Shown here: positions 8,446-18,996 of the stretch, one piece after another
How the letters are laid out: every line of letters starts with the position of its first letter
How positions within the stretch are numbered: the first letter of the stretch is position 1
Assembly: GCA_049322215.1 (NCBI GenBank)
Contig: JBMORU010000001.1
Span: 388,023-452,022 of the forward strand
DNA length: 64,000 nucleotides
From: Patescibacteria group bacterium
GTDB lineage: Bacteria; Patescibacteriota; WWE3; UBA101185; UBA10185
Direction of reading: 5' to 3'
The notes under the pieces: model-generated
The model's input: the letters and a program-made list of their open reading frames with translations, nothing else
Told to the model about the DNA's origin: nothing
Database searches by the model: none
Made by a program: the position numbers and the translations under genes

Positions 8446-10167
8446 ATGGAATTAGCGATTGTAGCTTTTTTGGCAGGTGTTTTAACTGTAGTAACACCTT
8501 GTGTGCTCCCAATATTGCCTATAATTTTAGGGGGTACATTAGCTGACTCTCAAGACAAAAAACGCCCATTTATAATTGTGGCCTCTTTAGGGTTATCTGT
8601 ACTGGCTTTTAGCTTATTGCTTAAGTCCTCTACCTTATTAATAAATATTGACCCCTCTTTTTGGAAGTACTTTTCTGGAGGAATAATTTTAATTTTTGGT
8701 ATTTTTACTCTCTTTCCTAATGTTTGGGAGAAAGTTTCTGAAAAAATAGGATTAGGGGGGTTGGGAAATCTTTTGCAACAGTCCCAAGCCAAAGGCGGAC
8801 GTTTAGGTCAGGTTTTAGTGGGTATTTCTCTTGGGCCGGTCTTTTCTAGTTGTAGTCCCACATATGCTGTTATTTTGGCTGTAGTTTTACCCCAAAATTT
8901 TTCGTCTGGTTTACTTAACCTTATTATTTATGTAGTGGGTTTATCTTTAGCCTTACTGACAATTGCTATTTTTGGACAAGGTGCAATTGCAAAGCTTAAA
9001 TGGGCGGCAAATCCCACAGGCTGGTTTAGAAAAGGTTTGGGCGTTTTGTTTGTAGTTGTTGGTGTGGCTATTATAACCGGTTATGAAAAAAAGTTAGAAA
9101 TAGCCTTATTAGATAACGGGTTGTATGATTTTACTCGATTTGACCAGAAGTTGATTGAGCAGGTAGATATGGGAGAAACGAAAAATAAGCCTGCAATATC
9201 CTCAACTGATAAACTTCATCTTGCTGTAGAAGAGCCTTATCCTGCTCCAGAAATTAGAAATATTGCTCACTGGATTAATTCCGATGGTGAAAGCTTGGCA
9301 CAATTAAAGGGAAAAGTAGTTTTAATAGATTTTTGGACTTACAGTTGTATAAATTGTATTCGTACCCTTCCCTATTTGAAGGCGTGGCATGAAAAGTATT
9401 CTGACGATGGGCTAGTAATAATAGGCTTGCATGCGCCTGAATTTGCTTTTGAGCAAAAAGTAGAAAATGTAGAGATGGCTGTAAAAGATTATGAAATCAC
9501 TTACCCTGTTGGGTTAGACAACGACTTTTCAACATGGCGCGCCTATGACAATAGGTACTGGCCCGCCAAATATTTTATAGATAAAAAAGGTAACTTAAGA
9601 CATTATCACTTTGGTGAAGGTGATTATAAAGAAAGTGAAGAAGTACTTCAGTTTTTGTTATCAGAAGATGGTAGTGCTGTGGATGATTCTATTTCTACCA
9701 ATACACAAGATACTCCTCCTACCATTTCAGGACAGTCTCCTGAAACATATTTAGGCTATGAGCGCGCCAAAAATTTTAAAAACGCTGTAAGATTCAAGAG
9801 AGATGTTCCTTTTACTTACGTTCTCAATGTGGACTTAAAGCCAAATGAATGGTCTTTTGAAGGTACATGGGAAGTAAAAAATGAAAAAAGTGTAGTTATT
9901 TCTGATTCAGCAACTCTTGTTTATAACTTTTCAGCTAAAGATGTTTATTTGGTAATGGGTTCTGAGACTTCTGGTGAGGTTAAAGTTGAGGTTTCGGGTT
10001 ATTCTAACGCCTATGGAGACTCTGTTTCTGATGAGGGTATAGTGCAGGTAAACATGTTTAAGTTGTATCATCTTGTGAGCTTGCCTTCCTTTGATAACAA
10101 TGTGACTATGACTCTCACATTTCCAAAAGGTGTAGAAGTACACGCATTCACTTTTGGGTCAAAATAG
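8446..10167 (+). CDS. DipZ-like CcdA/DsbD membrane domain plus thioredoxin (redoxin) fusion
   Basis: TPCVLPILP, FSSCSP, DFWTYSCINCIRTLP, HAPEFAFE, SPETYLG. Confidence 0.9.
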   Translation: MELAIVAFLAGVLTVVTPCVLPILPIILGGTLADSQDKKRPFIIVASLGLSVLAFSLLLKSSTLLINIDPSFWKYFSGGIILIFGIFTLFPNVWEKVSEKIGLGGLGNLLQQSQAKGGRLGQVLVGISLGPVFSSCSPTYAVILAVVLPQNFSSGLLNLIIYVVGLSLALLTIAIFGQGAIAKLKWAANPTGWFRKGLGVLFVVVGVAIITGYEKKLEIALLDNGLYDFTRFDQKLIEQVDMGETKNKPAISSTDKLHLAVEEPYPAPEIRNIAHWINSDGESLAQLKGKVVLIDFWTYSCINCIRTLPYLKAWHEKYSDDGLVIIGLHAPEFAFEQKVENVEMAVKDYEITYPVGLDNDFSTWRAYDNRYWPAKYFIDKKGNLRHYHFGEGDYKESEEVLQFLLSEDGSAVDDSISTNTQDTPPTISGQSPETYLGYERAKNFKNAVRFKRDVPFTYVLNVDLKPNEWSFEGTWEVKNEKSVVISDSATLVYNFSAKDVYLVMGSETSGEVKVEVSGYSNAYGDSVSDEGIVQVNMFKLYHLVSLPSFDNNVTMTLTFPKGVEVHAFTFGSK

Positions 10168-10180
10168 CGCGGAGTTGATT

Positions 10181-11893
10181 TTACCAGCTACCTCCACCTC
10201 CACCTCCTCCAAAGCCTCCTCCTGACCCTCCGCTAAAACCACTTCCATAACCACCTGATGATCGTGTAGCCGACATTGTTTGTGCTACGCTTGTTCCAAA
10301 CGAGTCTATTGTTGAAGCAAATGCTACTGCGTTAAACGCTTGTGTTCCGGTATACCAGTCGGGGATATTTTCTACCGTTAAATCTTTAAACCTATCTGCC
10401 CAGGTTTTTGTAACTTTAAAGGCAATCGCATACGGAAGCAGTTTTTCAAACATGTACCAATTTTGTTCCTGAAACTCTAACTGTGCCTCCTGTGATGATA
10501 AAAACTTTTTAAGACCCTTTGCATGTATTGTTAGTTCAACGCCTTTTTGTGTTTTTCTAGGCATTGCACTTGCCATTAAAAGAGAAATCACTCCAAAAGG
10601 TATATTTACTGTTATAAGACTTCCCATGCCAATTGCTATCCATGTGGTTCTTACTTTATCTGGATTTTTTACGAATACCCCATTGTTGGTTGTATTGCTA
10701 TAAAGCATTTTAGTAAGTTTTTTATAGTAGGTCGCAAATTTGTATTTCAGCTCGCTTGTTTTTATTTCAGTCTTGTCTTCAAATAACTTTTCCAATAAAT
10801 ATTGCTCATGCTCAGCAAGCTTGTACTTATTCTTAGTAAGATGCAAATCGCTTTTTGTTAAAATATAGTCTTTTGTGTTTATTAAACCCAACATTTTGTT
10901 GTTTTCTTCTTTTATTTTTAAAAACCCTCTAATTGCCAAATCTACTATTGTTGCTGAAATGTCGCTTTGATCCACTTCTTCGTCGATTATTAACCCAACC
11001 TCTGCTGGAGTTAGTCTTACATTGTTGTCTTTAGGTTCATCAAAAAAAACTGGCACTGTGTCTATTGTTGGTTTAGGGTCGCGTCCATACTTAAAGTAAT
11101 AAACTAGAACGCCAATAGGAAGTATGACGTACCAAACTAATGTCATTAAAAGGAATAAGGGGTTCACCTCATCAGTATTTACAGGATTATACTTAGTAGA
11201 CACTTTAGGTGTAAGTGAAATTAAATTTTGGTCAAAGCTTAAAACTGTAGAAATACCTTCTCCCTGAGTTAACGGCTCAGCTGTTTCAAAGTAATATTCG
11301 TTAAACTGTTTTTGTGCGCGTAACGTACAATTTGAATCTACAGAACCTAATTTTCCTGTTATACATTTGGTTTTTATTTTTGCAACATCGATTTCTGCAG
11401 GTAAGTGAAAGGTAGCAGTTGCCTTAATAATTGGAACTTTCCATTCATTGCCTGTTACATTCCAATAAATCTCATCGTGATCACTAAACCTTTCTATGGC
11501 GCCTTCCACTTCATAAGAAATTACATATGTATGTACGCCTGAAATTGTTTTATTTGGGTCACCAATTTTTAAGGATACATTTTGTCCTTTTTTTGACTCG
11601 GTATAGCTATAGGGAGTGTTTTTTTCGTTAACAATACTTAATACTTTAAGTGGCGTTTCAAAGTAGTCTCCATCTTCGTTTTCGAATTTTACTTTTATAT
11701 CGCGAAAAATGCCGTGCCTTTGATTTGTTCCAAAGTCATATGTTATTTCTTCTACAACAGTAACTACCCCAGTATTGCTAACAAACAAATTGGCATTAAA
11801 AAGTAATATCTGTTCAGATTCTTCTGCATAGGCGTTTTTGACTAATCCAAAGCTTAAGAGTAGCAATATCAAAAAAACTAGTGTTTTTTTCAT
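10181..11893 (-). CDS. DUF2207 membrane protein
   Basis: RHGIFRDI, EIYWNVTGNEW, ATIVDLAIRG, FEKLLPYAIAF, Gly-rich GGGGGGSW tail. Confidence 0.92.
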   Translation of the reverse strand: MKKTLVFLILLLLSFGLVKNAYAEESEQILLFNANLFVSNTGVVTVVEEITYDFGTNQRHGIFRDIKVKFENEDGDYFETPLKVLSIVNEKNTPYSYTESKKGQNVSLKIGDPNKTISGVHTYVISYEVEGAIERFSDHDEIYWNVTGNEWKVPIIKATATFHLPAEIDVAKIKTKCITGKLGSVDSNCTLRAQKQFNEYYFETAEPLTQGEGISTVLSFDQNLISLTPKVSTKYNPVNTDEVNPLFLLMTLVWYVILPIGVLVYYFKYGRDPKPTIDTVPVFFDEPKDNNVRLTPAEVGLIIDEEVDQSDISATIVDLAIRGFLKIKEENNKMLGLINTKDYILTKSDLHLTKNKYKLAEHEQYLLEKLFEDKTEIKTSELKYKFATYYKKLTKMLYSNTTNNGVFVKNPDKVRTTWIAIGMGSLITVNIPFGVISLLMASAMPRKTQKGVELTIHAKGLKKFLSSQEAQLEFQEQNWYMFEKLLPYAIAFKVTKTWADRFKDLTVENIPDWYTGTQAFNAVAFASTIDSFGTSVAQTMSATRSSGGYGSGFSGGSGGGFGGGGGGGSW

Positions 11894-11914
11894 AAATAGA
11901 TAATCACTAAACTA

Positions 11915-12232
11915 CTAAAGTTCTATGTCATTAATTGCAGCTTCTGCCTCTGACTCTGCCTCAATTGATAACATTAAGTCATCTAATTCTTTTACTGTTT
12001 CATTATCTACTTCTTCAGGTGTGCTTGATGATTCCTCTAATTCAGTGAATTCCATTTCAGTTTCCTCTTCCATAACATTTTCTTCTGTTACGGTTTTGGT
12101 TGAAGGCATTAAAGTTCCTTTTAGATCAGATTTTTTAGCATTAAGAATAACTGCTCCGCCCACTGCCAAAGCTAAAACTATTACTAGCATAATAATTCCT
12201 GATATTCCTTTTTGGTTACTAATATTTTTCAT
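11915..12232 (-). CDS. Small acidic membrane-anchored protein with a pilin-like N-terminus
   Basis: NQKG|ISGIIMLVIVLALAV followed by an acidic tail; abuts the upstream ORF at 12232. Confidence 0.6.
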   Translation of the reverse strand: MKNISNQKGISGIIMLVIVLALAVGGAVILNAKKSDLKGTLMPSTKTVTEENVMEEETEMEFTELEESSSTPEEVDNETVKELDDLMLSIEAESEAEAAINDIEL

Positions 12233-12852
12233 TATTCCTCCTCATTTAAATTTGCAGCCTGTTCTCTAATATCTTTAATGTGCTCCCTTACGGTGTCACG
12301 GTAGTACTCCATTATTTCACGTCTTTTATTTCGTGCTTCGTGCAACTTATCTTTTGCCTCTAGCACTAAATCTTTGTAAGCCCCGTCTTCGTTTCCACAA
12401 TCTAAAGCTTGAGTATCGGTTAATATATTTATAAATTCAGTGTATAGCACTGTATATTCGTCTACCAAACCTTCTAATACTACTATGTCATTTTCTAAAT
12501 CTGTTGTATCAAAACCCTTATCTTGAAGCTTAGTTACTATTTCGTTTAGTCTGTTTGTGAAATTCTCGTAATTTTTTAGGTGCCTATCTTTATTATCTTC
12601 AAAGGCGCTTATTCTGTTTGATATTCTTTGTGTGGCCAAGTCGCATCGGTTTTGAACTCTTTGCTGTACTTTGTCTTGAGCCTGTTCTTTTAATTCCATT
12701 TTTTCTTCACGAATTGAATTTTTTTCTTCTGTGGTTCTTTTCGGCATTAAAGAATTAGAGTTTTGACCTTGGGCGTTACTGTATCCCGGAAGCAAAAGTA
12801 AACTAAATACAACGGTAAGCGTTATGAGAGTTAGTTTTTTTAAAATAGACAT
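12232..12852 (-). CDS. Secreted coiled-coil hypothetical protein
   Basis: Signal peptide, helical charged body, two Cys. Confidence 0.7.
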   Translation of the reverse strand: MSILKKLTLITLTVVFSLLLLPGYSNAQGQNSNSLMPKRTTEEKNSIREEKMELKEQAQDKVQQRVQNRCDLATQRISNRISAFEDNKDRHLKNYENFTNRLNEIVTKLQDKGFDTTDLENDIVVLEGLVDEYTVLYTEFINILTDTQALDCGNEDGAYKDLVLEAKDKLHEARNKRREIMEYYRDTVREHIKDIREQAANLNEEE

Positions 12853-12947
12853 AGTAAAAATATAGGCTAAATTCGTGTTTATATCAATATTTGATATAAT
12901 TCGGCCAATTACAAATACACTTGTTCCGGTAAAAAAGGAGAAAAACT

Positions 12948-13502
12948 ATGCTTAATAAGCTAAATGATCGAGTGACAAGTTTGAAACCTTTGGTACATTC
13001 GGTAGTGAAGTTTGCAAAAAAAGTGAAAAGTATCACATTGCAGCTATTGAAAATTAGAGACGTACGCATTGTTTTAGCCTGTATTGCTGGCTATTTTGCG
13101 CTGTTTTTCATTATGCTGAACATCTCTCTAAACGCTTTTAGAACATACGTTTTTTTGAGTGATGTTGTTTATTGGATGTTTCACTTTGCTGCCTTTGCCT
13201 TAATAGAGTACACACTTAAGCACGCTAAGCTTACTCTGCTTTTTATTAGTGTGTCGGTACTAAGCTGGGCGTCTGCAGCTTTGGTTGGTATGACAATTTT
13301 CGATGCATTAGGTAGCTACTTCGCACTTCGCGCATACGGCGAATACTTACCAATTGGGACATACTTAACTCACATATTGGCTCCCTACGGTTTAATATGG
13401 AAACCATTTCATAGTGTAATCATTTTGCTTGGTCTTCCATTTGCCATTGCGCTTGTTTTGCGTTTCAAACGGGGGCACAGTTTAAAAGTTACTTTAAACT
13501 AA
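12948..13502 (+). CDS. Hypothetical membrane protein (orphan unit 4)
   Basis: TGnTATAAT near 12890-12899, AAGGAGA 12935-12941, about 4 TM segments, hairpin 13509-13547. Confidence 0.7.
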   Translation: MLNKLNDRVTSLKPLVHSVVKFAKKVKSITLQLLKIRDVRIVLACIAGYFALFFIMLNISLNAFRTYVFLSDVVYWMFHFAAFALIEYTLKHAKLTLLFISVSVLSWASAALVGMTIFDALGSYFALRAYGEYLPIGTYLTHILAPYGLIWKPFHSVIILLGLPFAIALVLRFKRGHSLKVTLN

Positions 13503-13572
13503 AACCATTGGGTGCGAAGTTTTTTAAACAATAAAAACTTCCACCCATTAACTTTGTTAGAATATTCTAGTT

Positions 13573-16164
13573 ATGTCAGATTTTGAAACCCCAATGATGG
13601 TTCAGTATAAAGAAATAAAAGATGCCTATCCTGATTGTCTTTTATTTTTTAGACTAGGTGATTTTTACGAACTTTTTTTAGATGATGCTAAGGTAGGTGC
13701 AAACGTATTAGGTATAACTTTAACATCACGATCTCGAGGAAAAGACGGCCGAATTCCAATGGCGGGAGTTCCTTATCACGCAGTAAATTCCTACTTATCT
13801 AAATTAGTTAAAGCAGGCCACAAAGTTGCTATATGTGAACAAGTTGGTGACACTAAAGGACCTGATTTAGTTAAGCGAGAAGTTGTAAGAGTTGTAACAC
13901 CCGGTACTCTTATAGACCAAAACTCCCTGGATAAATCAAAAAATAATTATGTTGCTGCACTATGTATAGCAAATAACACAATGGGGCTATCTTTTGCAGA
14001 TGTGTCTACAGGACATTTTCACTCTTTTGAAGAAACTACAAATGAAATTCAAAATGTGTTGTTAGATCACTTTTCTAAATACACACCTGCAGAAATTTTG
14101 CTAAATGATGCTACATATAATGACTCTAAAACGCTAAAGTTACTTACTGAACTTGGTATAAGCATTTACAATTATGCGTCATGGTCAAACTATTCTTCTA
14201 AACCAGAAAAACATTTGTTAACCCATTTTAACCTAACAACTTTAGCCAGCTTTGGTATGGGTAACACTCCTTTAGCCACTGAAACTGCTTCAGTTTTGCT
14301 TGGCTATTTAAAGGAAACTCAAAAGGACAAAGTTTCACATATAAATAAAATAAATTTTTCACCTGCATCTGATTATGTTGAGTTAGGAAGATCTACAATT
14401 TTTAATTTGGAATTATTTTCTACAATAAGAGAAGGAGAAAAGTATGGTTCGCTAATTGGCGTTCTAGATGAAACTCTTACCCCTATGGGAGCGCGTTTGC
14501 TACGCAAGTGGATTGCGCGCCCTTTAACAAATATTTCTTCAATTTCTGCCCGCCAAAATTCTGTGTCTGAATTTTTAGAAAATAGGCAACTAAGAAATAA
14601 CTTACTGGGTGTTTTAAAAGAAATAAATGATATAGAAAGAATTCTTTCTAAAATATCAGTAGGCTTGGGAAATGCGCGTGATTTAGTAAACCTTAAAGAT
14701 TCTTTGATCGCTGTTTTAGAAGTTAAGCAAGTTTTGAATTTAGCAAAATCTTCTTTAAATATGAAACTTAAGGGTTCTATTGATTCAAACTTACAAAAAC
14801 TGGTAGATAAGATACATATCACTATTGTTGATGAACCCCCTATAGAACTTAAGCAAGGAAATCTTATAAAACCGGGTGTTTCTTCAAAGCTGGATGATTT
14901 AAAACGAGGAATAAAAACCAGTCAGGAGTGGATATCTTCTTTAGAAGAAAAAGAAAAGGAGCGAACAGGTATTTCAACCCTAAAAGTCGGTTATAACAAG
15001 ATTTTTGGGTATTACATTGAAATAAGTAAATCTAATTTACATCTTGTACCTGAAAGCTATGTGAGGAAGCAGACTTTAGTGAGTGCGGAGCGTTTTATTA
15101 CACAACGCTTAAAAGAAGAAGAAGAACAAGTTTTAGCTGCTGAAGATAAAATTAATGATTTAGAATATGAAATTTTTTCAAGTGTTGTTGATAATGTTTT
15201 GAATGCCTTACCAGCTATACAAGTAGCTGCAGAAGCAGTAGCCGAGCTAGACTGTCTTGTAAACTTTGCTGTTTTAGCAAAAAACTATAATTATTGTAAG
15301 CCTAATATTAGTACTTCAGGAAATATAAAAATTATAAATGGGCGTCACCCAGTAGTTGAAAGGCTTTTACGTGAGGTGCCTTTTGTTCCAAATGATGTTA
15401 ATTTAAACCATGAAGACCATCAGCTAATTCTTATTACTGGACCAAATATGGCAGGTAAGTCTGTATACATAAGGCAGGTGGGTTTAATAACTCTTATGGC
15501 ACAAATGGGCAGTTTTGTTCCTGCAGATTCTGCTGAAATTTCTGTAGTAGATAAAATTTTTGTTAGAAGTGGTGCAAGTGATTTTATTACATCAGGGTTA
15601 TCTACATTTATGGTCGAAATGGTTGAAACTGCACATATTTTAAATAATTCCACAAAAAACAGTTTAATTTTACTTGATGAAATTGGTAGAGGAACCACAA
15701 CTTATGACGGGGTAAGTATTGCTTGGGCAGTTGCTGAGTATTTAGTAAAAAATCAGCAACCCTTTGCGAAAACCATGTTTGCAACTCATTACCACGAACT
15801 TCAAGATCTCGCTAAGGAAAGTTCTTTAGTTAAAAATTATCAGGTGTTGGCAAAAGAAGAATCTGGAAAACCAATATTTTTGCATAAAGTAGCTCCGGGA
15901 GGTGCTTCTCATAGTTATGGTGTGGCGGTAGCACAGCTAGCGGGAATTCCTGACGTGGTTACCACACGTGCTTTAGAAATATTAAGTACTTTACAGGGTA
16001 AAAGCTTTGAAGATTGGTTGCATGAAGATAGCATTGCAACTGATAACGTTTCCAATGAACTGACCGCAAAATTATCCTCAATAGATGTAAATACACTTAC
16101 TCCAATTGAGGCTTTGTTAAAGCTAAAAGAACTTAAAGAAAAGTTGCAAGATCAGGCGGTTTAA
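13573..16164 (+). CDS. mutS: DNA mismatch repair protein MutS
   Basis: TPMMVQY, FRLGDFYELF, ITGPNMAGKS, STFMVEM, DEIGRGT, FATHYHEL. Confidence 0.98.
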   Translation: MSDFETPMMVQYKEIKDAYPDCLLFFRLGDFYELFLDDAKVGANVLGITLTSRSRGKDGRIPMAGVPYHAVNSYLSKLVKAGHKVAICEQVGDTKGPDLVKREVVRVVTPGTLIDQNSLDKSKNNYVAALCIANNTMGLSFADVSTGHFHSFEETTNEIQNVLLDHFSKYTPAEILLNDATYNDSKTLKLLTELGISIYNYASWSNYSSKPEKHLLTHFNLTTLASFGMGNTPLATETASVLLGYLKETQKDKVSHINKINFSPASDYVELGRSTIFNLELFSTIREGEKYGSLIGVLDETLTPMGARLLRKWIARPLTNISSISARQNSVSEFLENRQLRNNLLGVLKEINDIERILSKISVGLGNARDLVNLKDSLIAVLEVKQVLNLAKSSLNMKLKGSIDSNLQKLVDKIHITIVDEPPIELKQGNLIKPGVSSKLDDLKRGIKTSQEWISSLEEKEKERTGISTLKVGYNKIFGYYIEISKSNLHLVPESYVRKQTLVSAERFITQRLKEEEEQVLAAEDKINDLEYEIFSSVVDNVLNALPAIQVAAEAVAELDCLVNFAVLAKNYNYCKPNISTSGNIKIINGRHPVVERLLREVPFVPNDVNLNHEDHQLILITGPNMAGKSVYIRQVGLITLMAQMGSFVPADSAEISVVDKIFVRSGASDFITSGLSTFMVEMVETAHILNNSTKNSLILLDEIGRGTTTYDGVSIAWAVAEYLVKNQQPFAKTMFATHYHELQDLAKESSLVKNYQVLAKEESGKPIFLHKVAPGGASHSYGVAVAQLAGIPDVVTTRALEILSTLQGKSFEDWLHEDSIATDNVSNELTAKLSSIDVNTLTPIEALLKLKELKEKLQDQAV

Positions 16165-16199
16165 TAACTGTAAATTCGCTCGTGTAATATAATACTCAT

Positions 16200-17861
16200 A
16201 TGGGAAACATTAGAATTTTGCCCAAAAAGGTAGCTTCGAAAATAGCCGCTGGAGAAGTAATTCAACGCCCTGCTGACGTTGTTAAGGAATTGATAGAAAA
16301 TTCCTTAGATGCTGAAGCTTCTAATATACATTTAAAAATATCAGGAGCTGGTTTAGATATTATACAAGTAAGAGACAATGGTGTAGGAATGTCGGTTGAT
16401 GACTTGGAAAAATGTTTTTTGCCTCATGCTACTAGTAAAATCTTTCATGAAGATGATATTTATTCCATTTCTTCTATGGGGTTTCGAGGAGAAGCTTTAA
16501 GTAGTATTGCAGCTATTAGCCGTACAACAATTCAAAGCAAACCAAATTCTTCAACTGAAGGCAACTTGTTAGAACTAACCGGTGGAATGTTAGAGGGTAT
16601 TTCTCCGTGTGGTATGCCTAATGGTACTATTGTAACCGTAGAAAATTTGTTTTTTAATGTTCCCGTTAGAAAAAAGTTTTTAAAATCAACTCAAGTAGAG
16701 TTTGCCGAAATTCTATCTGTTGTAACTTCTTTGGCTTTATCTTTTCCTGAAGTGGGGTTTACGATTGAGAAAGATGAAAAAGTTGTATTATCGTTGCTAA
16801 AAAATTCAGCACTTGATGACAGAATTAGAGACATTTACGGAGAAGATTTATTTGCTCAATTATTGCCTGTAACTTACGAGGGTTCTCATGTAACACTGCA
16901 TGGTTACATATCAAGACCTCAAGTAACTACCACTAGCTCAAGCAAACAAAGCTTGATTATTAACAACAGAGTAGTTTCAGAAAAGGTTTTGCTTTCTGCA
17001 ATTAGAAACGCCTACGGAACTTTATTACAACCAAGAGTATACCCGGCGTTTTTACTGCATCTTAAGTTTCCTCCAGAGCTAGTTGATGTTAATGTTCATC
17101 CGCGTAAACAAGAAGTGAAGTTTATTAATCCAAAACTTGTCACCGAATCAGTCTCAAGTGCAATTAATAAAGCGTTGCAAGTAAATGACTTAACCTACAT
17201 TAAATCTGGTTTTAGTTTTACTAATGAATTTTTGCTAAAAGATGCCGATTACGTTGCAAATTTAAGAAAACATTCTTCTTCTATTGTCTTGGAAGAAATA
17301 ATACAGGTTCATAATCAGTACTTAATTTCAGAATCAGCTAGGGGCATATACTTAATTGATCAACACGCTGCCCACGAACGCATTATTTTTGAGCAATTGT
17401 TTGAAAAATTTAAGACTACTAACAAATCTGAAGCTATTAAGCTTGATTCCCCTCATATTTTTAACTTATCAAATGTAGAGGCTCTTTTATTAAAAGAACA
17501 CTTGTATGTTTTTGAGAGTATTGGTTTTCGCATTCAAGAATTTGGTTCAAATGCATTTAGAGTCACACAGGTTCCTGTTTTTTATCAAGATAGAAACATT
17601 ACAAGTATTTTGTCAGAAATGCTTGATGATTTAGTTAATGAAGGGTTTGTTTCAGATATAGATATTAAGTCTGAGAGAGCACTTTCATATTTGGCTTGCC
17701 GCAGTGCTATAAAAACGGGCGAAGTGCTAAACCTTGAAACCCGAAAAACCCTCTTAGAACAACTAGCAGAAACTAAAACAAAATATACATGTCCACACGG
17801 TAGACCAGTAAAAATCGAAATTTCTTTAAAAGACTTGGATAAATTATTCAAACGCACATAG
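16200..17861 (+). CDS. mutL: DNA mismatch repair endonuclease MutL
   Basis: IAAGEV, GFRGEAL, DVNVHPRK, DQHAAHER, ACR and CPHGRP motifs. Confidence 0.97.
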   Translation: MGNIRILPKKVASKIAAGEVIQRPADVVKELIENSLDAEASNIHLKISGAGLDIIQVRDNGVGMSVDDLEKCFLPHATSKIFHEDDIYSISSMGFRGEALSSIAAISRTTIQSKPNSSTEGNLLELTGGMLEGISPCGMPNGTIVTVENLFFNVPVRKKFLKSTQVEFAEILSVVTSLALSFPEVGFTIEKDEKVVLSLLKNSALDDRIRDIYGEDLFAQLLPVTYEGSHVTLHGYISRPQVTTTSSSKQSLIINNRVVSEKVLLSAIRNAYGTLLQPRVYPAFLLHLKFPPELVDVNVHPRKQEVKFINPKLVTESVSSAINKALQVNDLTYIKSGFSFTNEFLLKDADYVANLRKHSSSIVLEEIIQVHNQYLISESARGIYLIDQHAAHERIIFEQLFEKFKTTNKSEAIKLDSPHIFNLSNVEALLLKEHLYVFESIGFRIQEFGSNAFRVTQVPVFYQDRNITSILSEMLDDLVNEGFVSDIDIKSERALSYLACRSAIKTGEVLNLETRKTLLEQLAETKTKYTCPHGRPVKIEISLKDLDKLFKRT

Positions 17862-17913
17862 TGCCAAAACTGCTTAAACACTTCATCCGTACTGTATAAT
17901 TGCCCTGTTTACT

Positions 17914-18996
17914 ATGAAAAGTATAACCATAAAAAACAAAGCATATGATTTTCCCATATTTCTACCAGACGCAACTAGAGCGGTAACTAAGAGTATTGAT
18001 TCAAACGATATGGTGTTTGCCGAGGTAAGGGGTTGCGTGGTTAATACCTACCACTTAATGAGCGAACCCGGTGTTTCGGTTTTAAAACACTTTGGAGGAA
18101 TAAAAGGATTTATGAAGTTCGACGGGTTAGTTGTATCAGACTCTGGAGGTTGGCAGGTTTTTTCTTTAATTCATAGAAATAAAAAAGCGGGTACTATAAC
18201 AGACAAAGGTGTTACTTTTTCTTTAGGTGGGGCCAAGAAAAAACTTTTTACCCCGGAAAAATCAATCCAAGTGCAAATGGATATAGGTTCTGATATTGTA
18301 ATTTGTTTAGATGACTTCAGTCCCCCCGAAGGTGATGATATCGCTATTGAAGAAAGTGTTGTGCGAACTACTAAATGGGCAAAGCGTTGTAGAGAAGAAT
18401 TCGATCGTCAGTGTGAAGTGCGAAAGCTTGATGATTCTTCAAGACCTCACTTATTTGCCGTAGTTCAAGGAGCACGCAGTAAACCCATGCGAGACAAAAG
18501 TGCTACAGAATTGCGTGAAATTGGTTTTGACGGCTATGGTTTTGGAGGTTACCTAATTGACGAAGAAGGCAACTTAGATTTAGATATGATGGAATATCTT
18601 GCAAGTATTATTCCCAATGATTTACCTAAATTTGCATTAGGAACCGGTTCTCCACATGAAATTGCTATGTGCTATCAACTGGGTTGGGATATATTTGACT
18701 GTACTTTGCCTACGAGAGATGCTCGTCATCAAAGACTTTACGTTTTTACTGAAGAACCAAATTCCGTTGATGCCCTGCTTAAAGAAGAAACTTATGGCTA
18801 TGTACAAATAAAACGGGAAAAGTATAGACGCGATGAACGTCCTATAAGTGATTTTTGTGATTGCTATACCTGCAAAAACTATTCAAGAGCTTATCTTCAA
18901 CATTTATTTAGCATAAAAGATACTTCTGCTTTTAGATTAGCTACAATTCACAATTTATGGACTTATAACAAGCTAATAAGTTTACTATCAAAATGA
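17914..18996 (+). CDS. tgt: tRNA-guanine transglycosylase
   Basis: NTYHL, SDSGGWQVFSL, DIFDCTLPTRDARH, CDCYTC Zn site, TIHNL. Confidence 0.95.
   Translation: MKSITIKNKAYDFPIFLPDATRAVTKSIDSNDMVFAEVRGCVVNTYHLMSEPGVSVLKHFGGIKGFMKFDGLVVSDSGGWQVFSLIHRNKKAGTITDKGVTFSLGGAKKKLFTPEKSIQVQMDIGSDIVICLDDFSPPEGDDIAIEESVVRTTKWAKRCREEFDRQCEVRKLDDSSRPHLFAVVQGARSKPMRDKSATELREIGFDGYGFGGYLIDEEGNLDLDMMEYLASIIPNDLPKFALGTGSPHEIAMCYQLGWDIFDCTLPTRDARHQRLYVFTEEPNSVDALLKEETYGYVQIKREKYRRDERPISDFCDCYTCKNYSRAYLQHLFSIKDTSAFRLATIHNLWTYNKLISLLSK

Noticed and set aside
10184-10260. cctcca/cctcct low-complexity repeat
   Set aside because: Encodes the normal Gly/Ser-rich C-terminus of DUF2207
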